The notes: generated from the letters alone by a model not told the origin. A DNA stretch of 64,000 nt from Eledone cirrhosa (GCA_964016885.1 OZ024747.1:41974001-42038000), one strand, 5' to 3'. Positions 50,739 through 61,922 are shown, numbered from the stretch's first letter. Program-made: numbers and translations.

Positions 50739-50959
50739 ACAAACATCCCGAATTAAGCCGTACAGTGTCTAGCAACCATCGTTGCTCATTTGTTCAACAC
50801 TGACAAAGGAACGCTGTACGTTCAATCATCTGACAGGAAAGTATACGTTGTTGACAATAGCTAATAAGCTTGAAACTAGTACAGCGTTCCTTTGTCAGTG
50901 TTGAACAAATGAGCAACGATGGTTGCTAGACACTGTACGGTTTAATTCGGGATGTTTGT
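50739..50959. repeat. Inverted repeat (81-bp arms, 59-bp spacer) around a hammerhead motif
   Basis: 50739-50819 is the reverse complement of 50879-50959 with one mismatch. Confidence 0.9.
50846..50886 (+). ncRNA. Minimal type I hammerhead motif, U3-A8 variant, palindromic stem III
   Basis: CGTTG-TTGACAA-T-AGCT-AATA-AGCT-T-GAAAC-TA-GTA-CAGCG. Confidence 0.65.
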
Positions 50960-51168
50960 TTACAAACACACCGAGCATTATAATAAATATTCGGTGAATC
51001 CATACGTACATATATATATATATATGTGTGCATGTATGTATATATATATACATACTACTGTACGCCTGTATACATATATGTATGTACGTATACATACTTA
51101 TATTTAAGTAACAGTCGTACTAAGAGTGAGAAATGAAATTTCGTTTCATTTTTCCGTATATATATGTA

Positions 51169-51203
<35 letters not shown>

Positions 51204-51206
<3 letters not shown>

Positions 51207-52696
51207 TATAAAGAAACAGTCAGCAAGGTTAGAATTAACAACGAATATAGTGAAGAGTTTAGCGTAAAAGTTGGCGTCCATCAGGGCTCTGTTCTCAGCC
51301 CCCTACTATTTATTATTGCCCTTCAGGCTATAACAGAGGAGTTCAAGACAGGCTGCCCATGGGAACTCCTATACGCAGACGACCTGACACTCATAGCGGA
51401 ATCAATGGCCGAGCTAGAGAAGAAATTCCAAACATGGAAGCACGGCCTAGAGTCAAAAGGACTTAAAATTAACCTGGCTAAGACCAAAGTTCTAGTTTGT
51501 AGGAAAGAAAACAAGGCGGCGGTCCCTTCTGGGAAATGGTCGTGCTCGGTATGTAGGAAAGGCGTAGGTAGAAACTCCATCTTATGTCCTAAATGCAAAG
51601 TATGGGTGCATAAAAGATGTAGTGGGATCACAGGTAAGCTAACTAAGAACATAGACTTTACATGTGGCCGGTGTTCTGGTGCAATAAGTAGCAGCAAGTG
51701 CCCACAAAATACTAGCTCTTTCAATTGCGCAGAGGGTTCTATAGAAATAGTGGACAGCTTCCGTTACCTGGGCGATAAAATCAGCAGTGGGGGAGGGTGC
51801 TCTGAAAGTACTGTAGCTAGAGTCAGAACTGGTTGGAAAAAGTTCAGAGAGCTTATACCACTATTAGCTGCTAAAGGGTTCTCCCTAAAAATGAAAGGCA
51901 GGTTGTACGATGCCTGCATACGAACAGCAATGTTGCATGGTAGTGAGACCTGGGCATTGTGTGCAGAGGATATACGCAGACTAGAGAGGAACGAAGCTTG
52001 CATGCTCCGCTGGATGTGTAACAGTAATATACGTGAACGGCAAAGCATAAACGAACTAAGGAAAAAATTAGAGATAAGAGGGATCAGATGTTGTTTACTC
52101 GAGAGAAGGCTGCGTTGGTATGGACACGTGATGCGCATGAAAGTCGATAGCTGTATTACAAAGTGCAGGGCAATAAAGATAGACGGTAGCCACGGAATAG
52201 GCAGACCTAGAAAAACATGGGATGAGCTGATAAACTCCGACCTCACACACTTACACCTCTCCAAGACAATGTCACTGGACCGTGACCTTTGGCGGTACTC
52301 AGTAACAGAGAAGACCCGCCTTGCCAGTAGGCATCTCTAACAAACTACACCCCGTCCCGCCACCACCCCCACCCCATCCACACCACCCCGTTCTATGTAA
52401 AGTTATGTTGGTGCCGCGCCATCCAGGCCAAAACAAATGAGATCGTGTAGGTGTCACGACAAAAAAACACACAGTCCACGCTGTAATGTGGCCGTGTAGG
52501 CAACACGGTAAAAACCTCCCAGACCCACACTGTAAATGTGGTTGGTGTTAGGAAGGGCATCCAACTGTAGAAAACCTGCCAGACAGTCCTATGCGAGCAA
52601 GACAATCACTCTTGCCTCAAGTGGGACTACCCCCGTCCAAACCCATGCATGCGTGGAACACGGACGTTAAACGTTGATGATGATGATGATGATGAT
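51204..52696 (+). mobile_element. RTE-clade LINE, 5'-truncated, uninterrupted ORF fragment to 52340; inserted in (TA)n
   Basis: GVHQGSVLSP, YADD, zinc-finger insert, FRYLG, GRPRKTW; (GAT)n tail. Confidence 0.95.
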
Positions 52697-53041
52697 ATAT
52701 ATGTATCTATATATATATATATGTATCTATATATATATGTATCTATATATATATATATGTATCTATATATGTATCTATATATAATATAGATACATATATA
52801 GGCTTTGTGCAGTGCCTTTGCTCACTATAAAAGCTTCACGGCACAGGCATTGCTTTATATCTGGAGATCTCTCTGCACTTGTCGTCACATGGTACCATGG
52901 GCTCAGCACTATGTGTCAATAATTGTCACAAGTGTAGTGTTTGTACCAGAGTTTTCAAGTCACTCGTTCAGTGCATCGGTGGGGGTTCTCCTACATGGAT
53001 ATAAAGTAGTGGCCGTACTCGAAAACGAGTTGGCAGCCACC

Positions 53042-53105
<64 letters not shown>

Positions 53106-53782
53106 TTCAGGTTATCAATAATGTAGTGATAATATATCGTTACGTTAGAGATGAACAGCATACGTGTAGGTTTGCTCAACGAGTATAAATTACATTCCGG
53201 AGAAAATGTAGAAAAGATGAATATAAAATGAAAGTGCTTTTTTTAAAAAAGGAATTTATTAGGTATTGACATATGTTTCTGTAACAGACCGAATACCTAT
53301 GTATCGCTGCTTGCGTAATCATAAAATGTTAGCAAGTATTCGATAGCAAATGTATAATCAGTTGTCACTTCTTCAGAGATATTGGATAAATTGGAAAAAA
53401 TCAGAAAAATTGAAGTATTTATATTAGTTGTAATAAAGGAAGAAGAGAGGGGATAGTATATGACAGATGGCAATTCAATTTACTGGTAAACAAGTATATA
53501 AAGGGTTTCTAATGAGAATACAATGAGTATATGGTTTATTTTATCAAAATAAGAATTTTTGGGAGTGCCTATTTTAATCTATACTAGACTAATTGAACAA
53601 TGGACAGGGCTGGTCGTTTGGTGTAGTAGTATTAATTATAAAGTGTCAATTAAGGAAGAAGTGACTGCTGACGACACCTAAGACCAATGTTGTCGCTGGA
53701 AACTTTGTCTGTATGACTCTGGGCACGTCTTTGGATGAGACAGCATGCCACCTGCTGTTCTGGGAGTTGATCTTCTGGTCTT

Positions 53783-53993
53783 ATTTGCTTTTTTGCCGTG
53801 GCACCTCCATGACCACTTTGCAGTGGAATGATAGGAACTGGGGTCCCTATCATCTCATTTCTACTGAGTAAACTGGAGCAATGTGAAATAAGTGTCTTGC
53901 TCAAGGACACAACACATCACCTGGTCTGAGAATTGAACTCACAACCTTTCGATTGCAAGGCCAATGCTCTAACCACTAAGCCATGTGCCTCCA
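53783..53993 (-). mobile_element. SINE family B 5' portion
   Basis: Homology to 55593-55790. Confidence 0.8.
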
Positions 53994-54073
53994 TATGAGT
54001 CCATTAATTCTGTATAGGAATATTTAAGCTTTTTTCTTGAATAAATTTCTGTTCTTTCGTTTTTATATCACAG

Positions 54074-54160
54074 GATACACAACGATCATTAGATATCTTA
54101 GACTTTATTCCATCCTATGAAACACACAAAATTGGTGTGTTATATGTTGGTGAGAACCAG
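54074..54160 (+). CDS. TSC2: TSC2 exon, start of GAP domain ([29 protein letters not shown])
   Basis: cacag/gtaaat; IPSY.THKI.VLYVG motif. Confidence 0.97.
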
Positions 54161-54617
54161 GTAAATAAGTTATTCAATTTACTCTTCTATCTGTTGCCAT
54201 CATTGTTATTATTATTATTATTATTGCAGCTCTATGGAAAAAAACAAACAAATTTTAGAGAGTTCTATTTAAATTAAAATCTTTCAACATAATTTTATAT
54301 AAGAACCTTATATTAATGAAATAATTAATAATTTTTGTAAATCCCTCGAAATTCTTCATTAATTGAAATCAAGTGTATTTTATTAGAAATATAGTCACAA
54401 AAGAGTTTAACTGTGCCTCTTGAACTTGTGTCATAATGTTTAAGATTTTAATGATATATCTTTGGTTTTGTTCCATAATTATCACACAAACATCACAATA
54501 ATATCCTAGATTTATTATTCTTCCTCTTTAGTATGGTGACAAAACAAGAAAAAAACAGTCTTTAACTCCAGAACCATTTTAAAAATATTCTTCTTCTTTA
54601 TATTTCTGCTTCTCCAG

Positions 54618-54807
54618 TGCAATAGTGAAGTTGATATTCTATCAAACCAACATGGATCTAATCGGTATCAGAAGTTCATAGAAAACTTGGGACAATTAAT
54701 TCACTTAAAAGACACAGACGGCAAATGTGTCTTTCTTGGTGGACTTGATGGACGGGAAAAATCTGATGGCCAGTTTACCTACAGCTGGCATGATGAATTC
54801 ATGCAAG
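54618..54807 (+). CDS. TSC2: TSC2 exon, GAP domain ([14 protein letters not shown]...FLGGLD...[10 protein letters not shown])
   Basis: ctccag/gtaaac; RapGAP-family motifs. Confidence 0.97.
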
Positions 54808-55592
54808 GTAAACTAACTGTTCTTCATTGTAACTATCATTTTATTCTTTTACTGGTTTCAGTCATTAGACTGTGGCCATTCTGAGGTACTGCCTTGATTT
54901 AATCAACCATATTGACCCCAGCACTTATTTTTTTCAAGTCTGGTGTTTATTTCATCCATCTCTTTTTTGTTGAACTGCTAAGTTAAGGGACTTAAACACT
55001 GACATAGACACACACACGCATGTGTGTGAAAAGCTTCTGCAGTTTTTGGCATTGGTCACCCGAAGGCTAGTAAAAGACCCAAGGTGCAGTGGGACTGAAC
55101 CTAGAACCATATCATTTCAAAGCAAACCCCTTAACCACTATGCCAGGCTTGTGCCTATATTTCTGCGTTTTTCATATTTCATTAATTTATTATGTTTTTG
55201 GTAGTTTCAACCCAGTTTTTTCACTGTACCACTAGGTAGATGACCCTCCATATTTTAGAGCAGTGCACACTTAGTATTTGGCAGGGGAAGTGAATGGGAA
55301 GGTATTTATGTTAGATTTTAATGTTTTGTTGTATTGTGTTAGTATTGCTCTTGTTTGTTAAAGCCTTTAAAAACAGACATGGGCAACATTTATCGAGCAG
55401 TGGGCCACATGAGATATGGCTCATTATAATGTGGGACACACTACTAAAAAAAATTCAGGGAAATCTTTGATTAGGCATGCCATTTAACAGGTCGCAGTTT
55501 GGCCGTGACTGGTTATATTGGGAACTGATATGTGCTGTGAGTATTTTCTTGATGTTTAACCTCAGGTCAGCTTTAATTTCTTATTTGTTGTT

Positions 55593-55920
55593 GTGGAGGC
55601 ACATGGCTTAGTGGTTAGAGCATTGGCCTTGCAATCGAAAAGTTGTGAGTTCAATTCTTAGACCGGGTGATGTGTTGTTTCCTTGAGCAAGACACTTTAT
55701 TTCACATTGCTCCAGTTTACTCAGAAATTAGATGATAGGGACTCTATCATTCCACTACAAAGTGGTCGTGCAGGTGCCACGGCAAACAAAAGCACCCAGC
55801 ACTCACTGTAAATGAGGTTGGTGTTAGGAAGGGCATCCAGCTGTAGAAATCAAGCCAGAATCAGTTCCTGTCCCACCCTTGCAAGCAAGGAAAAGCGGAC
55901 ATAAAATGATGATGATGATG
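55593..55920 (+). mobile_element. tRNA-derived SINE family B, full length, RTE-type tail
   Basis: A box TGGCTTAGTGG, B box GAGTTCAATTC; CCTTGAGCAAGACACTT body; GGTGTTAGGAAGGGCATCCAGCTGTAGAAA...(GAT)n tail. Confidence 0.88.
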
Positions 55921-56768
55921 TAGTAGTAGTAATGCTCATCCATTATGCTCTGTATTCTTCCTGGAGATCACCAAATCTTCTATAAACATTTCTTCGGTGA
56001 CTTCATCAATGAAAGCACCTACAACTTGTGGACAGAAGTACTTCCTCTATTCACATATATCTTGTTAGAAGTAACAGTCTATTATCCAGAAGCTCTTGGT
56101 AACACTCCTTTATTTGCGAGTCCACCCACATATCGCATATGTTTTTCTCCTCCAATTCATGAACAAGTCTCTATATCAATCCTTGCCTCTCACCTCTGAT
56201 GTTGTGAGGTGTCGTCTGGCTCTTGCCAATCATGTCACTCACCATGATGAACCTGCTGAAAGATAGCTCCTCTCGACTCTGGATGCATAGTCAGCCAGCT
56301 GAATATCAGCTTGAAATCAATCATCAAGATGGACACAGGCCTCAAAGGAATCGATCTGCATGCTGCAATGGTCAACCGAGGACTCTGGAGCTCGAACTTT
56401 GTCGATCCCTCGTCACCACCTCAAGGCACCGAATGACTCAAGAAGAAGAATTTATACAATTTGTTGAATCTAACAAGTGTGTATAATAGTTATGAGGTTG
56501 GCACGAAGCCACAATAATAATAATAATAATAATGATTTCTAGTATAGGCACAAGGCCAGTAATATGAGGAGGGGAAAGTCAATTAAATCGACCCCAGTAC
56601 ATTACTGGTGCTTTATTTTATCGACCACGTAAGGATGAAAAGCAAAGCTAACCTAAACAGAATTTGAACTCGGAATGTAAAGCATGGTCTCTGACGCTCT
56701 ACTGATACTGCAAACCACTGCCCTAATAATAAGTGACTTTAACAAACCCTTTTTTTTCCCGTTTTCAG

Positions 56769-56908
56769 TCATCTTCCATATAGCCACATTGATGCCAAAC
56801 ATGAAAAACGATAAACTTCGAAATAACAAGAAGCGTCACATTGGTAACGACTATGTGAATATAGTGTACAATGATAGTGAAGAGGACTATGTAGTAACAA
56901 CTCTTCGG
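56769..56908 (+). CDS. TSC2: TSC2 exon with catalytic Asn thumb (IFHIATLMP...[15 protein letters not shown])
   Basis: tttcag/gtaagt; KKRHIGND at 56828-56851. Confidence 0.98.
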
Positions 56909-57029
56909 GTAAGTACCTATGTTCACTATGTTCACTTTGTTACTCAACGAGATGAAACATTGTAAAGCTGCTGGATCATCTGAGATAGTCGCCCGAGATG
57001 CTGAGATCTTCTAGAGAAGTAGTTAAACT

Positions 57030-57390
57030 AGTCACCCGCATAGTCAGGGCCATACGCAGTAACTGGTACCGCAGCATACTCATTAAATGCTACAAGGAAA
57101 AAAAGTAATGCCCTAGAAAGGAGCAGCTACAGAGGAATAAAACTAATGGACCAAGTTATGAAAGTGACAGAAAGAGTTCTAGTACAACTAATTAGGGAAA
57201 GTGTCAAATGGGATGAGATGCAGTTCGGTTTTATGCCAGGTGTGAGACAACTACAAGAAAAGTTCTTAGCTGAGTGTAAGCCTCTATGTCTAGCTTTTGT
57301 TGACCTAGAGAAAGCCTTTCACAAAGGACCCTGACCTGTCATCTGGTGATCCCTAAGGGCACTAGGTGTAGAAGAGTGGTTTGTGAGAGT
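57030..57390 (+). mobile_element. Degraded RTE RT fragment
   Basis: YRGIKLMDQVMKV, MQFGFMPG, AFVDLEKAF. Confidence 0.85.
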
Positions 57391-57444
57391 AGAAGTGTTG
57401 ACATGAACAAAATGAGAGTATTTGACATATATAATATTTATTAA

Positions 57445-57862
57445 CCCTTTAGCATTTAAGCCGGCTGTATCCGGCCAGAATTCTCTCACCTCTTTCTGTT
57501 CAAACCGGCTGCAACTAGCCACTCATACTGATGTTAAGGTATTGTTCTCAAAATAGGTAATATCAAAATCTCATAGATTCGATATTATGTGAGATAAAAC
57601 CTTTACCACAAAAATACAATAGTATATATAGAGTAATGTAAATGCTAAAGGGTTAACCCTTTAAGCATTTAAACTGATTGTATCTGGCCAGAATACTCTC
57701 ACCTCTTTCTGTTCAAACCGGCTGCAACTAGCAACTCATACTGATGTTAAGGTATTGTTCTCAAAATAAATAATATCAAATTCTCATAGATTTGATATTA
57801 TGTGAGATAAAACCTTTACTGGGAAAATATAGTATATATAGAGTAATGTAAATGCTAACGGG
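57445..57862 (+). mobile_element. Head-to-tail dimer of piggyBac MITEs (57445-57652, 57657-57862) sharing a TTAA
   Basis: TTAA|CCCTTTAGCATTTA...TAAATGCTAAAGGG|TTAA|CCCTTT...CGGG|TTAA. Confidence 0.92.
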
Positions 57863-58045
57863 TTAAATGTCAGTATTCCAGTTGACTCTACCTGTTCATT
57901 ACTTTAAATTTTCTACCACAGGAGGGATATCTTTATATATATTCAATGCAGTATATGATTGATATAGAATACTGAGCATTTACTGACACAGTGAACATGG
58001 TCATATTTTTGAAGTGTTATGTTTTAATTCTTCCTCCATTTGCAG

Positions 58046-58133
58046 AGTGAATTCAATTTTGTAAACATTATCATAGAACCGTTGGACTGTAATACTAATG
58101 CAGTCAAAATAGTCACCAGAGAAAACCAAAATG
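58046..58133 (+). CDS. TSC2: TSC2 exon (SEFNFVNIIIEPLD...RENQN), phase 0-1
   Basis: ttgcag/gtaagg; matches GQFNFVHVIVTPLD. Confidence 0.95.
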
Positions 58134-58555
58134 GTAAGGATTTCATTGCTAAACTTTCTCTTAGTTTATTCATGTTTATCTCTCTCTCTGATGATGATGA
58201 TGAAGGACACGAAAACGTGTACTCAATACCAAAGTAGAGTTTAATAATTATTCTCTATTATGGCTAAATGATGTATTTGTTACTCTGGAATTTCACTTAT
58301 GTGTGCGAGTAAATATCTGTGTGTGTTTCTATACACACACGCACATCATCATCATCATCGTTTAACATCCATTTTCCATACTAGCAGGGTTAGGCAGTTT
58401 GTCACGTTTGAGGCAAGTTGGATCAGGTGACCGTGTCTTGCTCATACAGAACTGTTTCTGGCTTAGTTTCCACAGCTGGATGCCCTTCCTAACACTTCCG
58501 CACACTTAATGTGCAGTGGGTGCTTTTTGTTGTGACTCCTACATGACCACTTTAC

Positions 58556-58722
58556 CAGGGCCTCCAAGAGAAATTTTGCAAGGCAGTACAAGACCTCTTT
58601 GGGGCCCGAAGCAGGCAAACATTTTTTCTCAAAATGGACGGTGCATGGTTGCTGTGGGGCCTTCTTAGTTCTTGGGCCCCGGAACAATGTACCTGCTGGA
58701 AACCCCCTCCTCATAGGCCCTG
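58556..58722. mobile_element. hAT MITE inserted in an RTE-tail repeat
   Basis: CAGGGCC...GGCCCTG termini; 8-bp TSD CACTTTAC at 58548-58555 and 58723-58730. Confidence 0.88.
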
Positions 58723-58774
58723 CACTTTACAGTGTTGGCTGGGTGTTTTTGTTGTGACACCTACACGACCACTT

Positions 58775-58807
<33 letters not shown>

Positions 58808-58958
58808 ATATATATGTATATGTGTATATGTACAAATGTGTGTGTGTATATATATATGTGTCTGTGTGTATATATATATGTGTCTGTGTGTATATATAAT
58901 ATATAATGGTAATAAATAAATTGATGCTAATTAACTAAGAATCATTTTCTACTTACAG

Positions 58959-58985
58959 CTGCTGTCAAAGATGTTATAACGTCTG
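58959..58985 (+). CDS. TSC2: Candidate 27-nt symmetric microexon (AAVKDVITS) in the GAP domain
   Basis: ctaat/ctaag branch-like motifs, ttttctacttacag acceptor, G|gtaaga donor; phase 1-1, no stop. Confidence 0.6.
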
Positions 58986-59864
58986 GTAAGAGTTCTCATC
59001 TTTTATTATTACTTATAATATTCCATGATACTTTGTAATATTAATTTCTAGTTTAGACACAAACCAGCAATTTGGTGGGGAAGGGCAAAGTTGATTAAAT
59101 CAACCCCAGTGTGTGATTGGTACTTTATTTTATCAATCCCGGAAGGATGAAAGGCAAAGTTGACCATGGCAGGATTTAAACTAAGAGTGTAAGGAGCCAG
59201 AACAAATACTGCAATGGCATTTTATCCGGTATTCTATGAATTCTTCCAATCCACCATATTTATTTAATGGCTTAGAAAAGGAAGGGTGGTGCTTCTAAAC
59301 CCTTTGCAGGCCTGCCAAGATAGGTGGGACGAAATGAGGAAGTTATCCTCTGACTGAAGAGCTGTTCTAAATATTTACAACTGAGTGAACTCTCCTAAAG
59401 ATAACTCAATTTTTGTTGTGGTTGTTTAACTCCTTTTGTTGTGGTTGTTTAACTGAATAGCATGTCTTTTTGTCAGATGTAGTGTATCTACATCTTATAT
59501 CTTCTTTTTCTAATCAGCAAGTTTTGACTACTACTTTTAGCAGGTCTATTAACTGCATAAATATGCTTTCATTCGCTTATTGCAATTGCTGTTGTTTAGC
59601 TCCAGGTCAGCTTTGATTAAGCTGATCAAAGGCATTTCAACTGTGACATCTTGTCATTTATTCAGGCAAAGAATATCTAGGATTGGTGTGGTTTGTTTAA
59701 GAATGTATAATGTGGTTTGAAGGAGATCTGGCTACTGTTTCTAGCAGATTGAGTGACTATTTAAAGATTTCATAAATATGTTTATCTTCTTTCTATCAAT
59801 TTTTGTAGTTTTATATCAAGAAAATAATTTTGTATAACATGACCCGTTTCATTTTTTCTCATAG

Positions 59865-59953
59865 ATATTGCTGAATCTTTGGGACAAGAATCAAAGACAA
59901 TTTCTGATGATAAATTAGCTGCTTTGGTTCGGCTGATGGCAATCCATTGTAAT
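59865..59953 (+). CDS. TSC2: TSC2 exon (IAESLGQESKTISDDKLAALVRLMAIHCN)
   Basis: catag/gtaagt; matches IVSDRNLPFVARQMALHAN. Confidence 0.95.
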
Positions 59954-60382
59954 GTAAGTAAGGAGAAGAATTTTGTTATGTTTAAACATTTCCCAAATAA
60001 TTAAGGATTCTGACTGGGTCATAGACACAGTTTACCATTACACTTCTTGTGTCAAGTTTTATAGGAAAGGAACATAATTGCCTGGACACATCTTTATATT
60101 TTAAAGCTATCTATTTTGACCCTAGTGTTGTAAGATGTCAACCCAGTTGTGGCTTGGTCTCAGAATATGACATAGCTAAATGTGTTCCTCAGCAAAACAC
60201 TTTATTTCATCTTGCTCCAGTATGCTCAGCTGAGAGTGAGTACCAACAGTAGTTGGGGAGTTAAACTTGTGACAGACCAGTGTCCTGTCCAGGGAGAGTC
60301 TTATACTTTCAGTCACTTAGTGACACAGAAACTGGGGATAAGCACCGACCTGATTCATGTAATCTATTTATTATATATATAA

Positions 60383-60570
60383 GGGCGGTGGATTGGCAGT
60401 ATCAGTAGAGGGTCGGACGCCATGCTTTCCAGCATAGTTACGTCCCTTTACGATCTGAGTTCAAATCCCGCCGAGGTTGACTTTGTCTTTCATCCTTACG
60501 GGGTTGATAAAATAAAGTACCAGTAATGCACTGGGTAATTGCTGGCCTTGTGCCTAAAGTAGAAACAATT
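60383..60570 (+). mobile_element. tRNA-derived SINE family A; further copies near 1608, 2500(-), 3559, 15015(-), 23450-23790(-), 48815(-), 56530(-), 59045(-)
   Basis: A/B boxes and a conserved body resembling the Meta-type SINE core (recalled, not searched). Confidence 0.88.
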
Positions 60571-60583
60571 ATATATATATATA

Positions 60584-60748
60584 CAGTTAGATTCAATTGT
60601 AACAAAATTCACGGGGTATAAAAACAAATTTGTTGTAATGAAAAGTTCTTTATAACGAGATCGACTGAAACACATCGAGTTTGTGGACAGGGATTGAAAA
60701 TTTCAATTTCATTATACTGAAAAATTTGTTATAATGGAATTTTACCTG
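60584..60748. mobile_element. pogo/Tigger-like MITE
   Basis: TA|CAG...CTG|TA; homolog of 42550-42707. Confidence 0.7.
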
Positions 60749-60781
60749 TATATACATATATACACATTTATTTTCTTTCAG

Positions 60782-60979
60782 TTGGCATCTATGGTCCTTT
60801 GGAGACAGAAAAGTAACCCTAAAGATCCTTTTGCATCTAATTGGTTGGAACGTCTGAGACACATGAAACGGTTACGTAATAAGGTAATGGAGAAATTAAA
60901 GACAGCTGCAGATGAGAGAGCTGGCTATGATCGGACTGAAGCAAAAGTTTTTCACGAAGATTTCACGGACTATTCCTGA
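60782..60979 (+). CDS. TSC2: TSC2 last coding exon (LASMV...SNWLERLRHMKRLR...EDFTDYS-stop)
   Basis: tttcag acceptor; matches W.ARLRHIKRLR and the C-terminal EDFTEFV. Confidence 0.96.
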   Translation: MASMVLWRQKSNPKDPFASNWLERLRHMKRLRNKVMEKLKTAADERAGYDRTEAKVFHEDFTDYS

Positions 60980-61032
60980 AAATTTAATCTTTCTGTAGCA
61001 CACTTCTCTTTCTTCCATTCTACATCACAGGT

Positions 61033-61074
<42 letters not shown>

Positions 61075-61219
61075 TCTCTCTCTCTCATCTGTCAACCCTC
61101 CTTTATATCTGCATCATTACCATTTTCCATCTAGGAATCATTCTTGTTGCCAAAATATGTTGATAATTAGCTGGTGATGTTTTTTTTTTTTTTTTGTCTC
61201 ACCAGTACCTCACCTAACA

Positions 61220-61270
61220 TACATACATATGTGTATATATATATACATTTATATATATATAGCATGTATG

Positions 61271-61330
<60 letters not shown>

Positions 61331-61387
61331 GTGTATGTATGTAAGTATATGTATATATAAATATATGTATGTATATATATAAATATA

Positions 61388-61454
<67 letters not shown>

Positions 61455-61890
61455 ACTCTTTTTGAGAGTGGCCAATTTGAACGTGTGTCTCCTAATTAAT
61501 GAAAGAGAGTAAATGAGCCTCGGAAAGTCTGCTAGACTTTTCAACCCTACTCCAGCTAATTCTGTAACCATGGAAATAGGCAAAAATGGTTGTGTGACAT
61601 GTCTGTCTAAAAACTAAACACTGACCCCAGATCTTCTAGCTCTGGTTCTTATTTGTTTGTTTTGTTTTTCTTACTTCCCTCTCTCTCTCTCGACTTGATT
61701 ATCCCCTTCACCCTTTTGTTTTCCCCCACCCCGCATCACCCCACCACTATATCTACCCCCATACCACCACCACCACCACATTTCTCTATTCTAACTGACC
61801 TGGAGATAAAGGAACGAATGGAGTTCTTTCTTTCATTTTAGTTGATGAGAATTTTAAAAAGAAGACAGAAAGGAAAAAAAAAACTGTAAA

Positions 61891-61922
<32 letters not shown>

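Larger units (their letters stand above)
4548..60979 (+). other. TSC2: TSC2/tuberin gene span (5' exons upstream of window); 34 exons plus a candidate microexon
   Basis: Exons join in consistent phase with GT-AG sites. Peptides match tuberin motifs: [70 protein letters not shown]-stop. Confidence 0.97.

Noticed and set aside
53661-53715. CTGACGA...GAAACTTTGTC hammerhead-like string
   Set aside because: Stem I does not pair and stem II is poor; could be a very decayed copy but is not supportable.
55593-55670. tRNA gene calls at SINE heads
   Set aside because: A/B boxes are present but run straight into SINE bodies in many dispersed copies; not functional tRNA genes.
58188-58290. CTGATGA...GAAA in a repeat also present near 8090-8170
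   Set aside because: CTGATGA is part of a (GAT)n run and there are no consistent stems; treated as an unclassified repeat.
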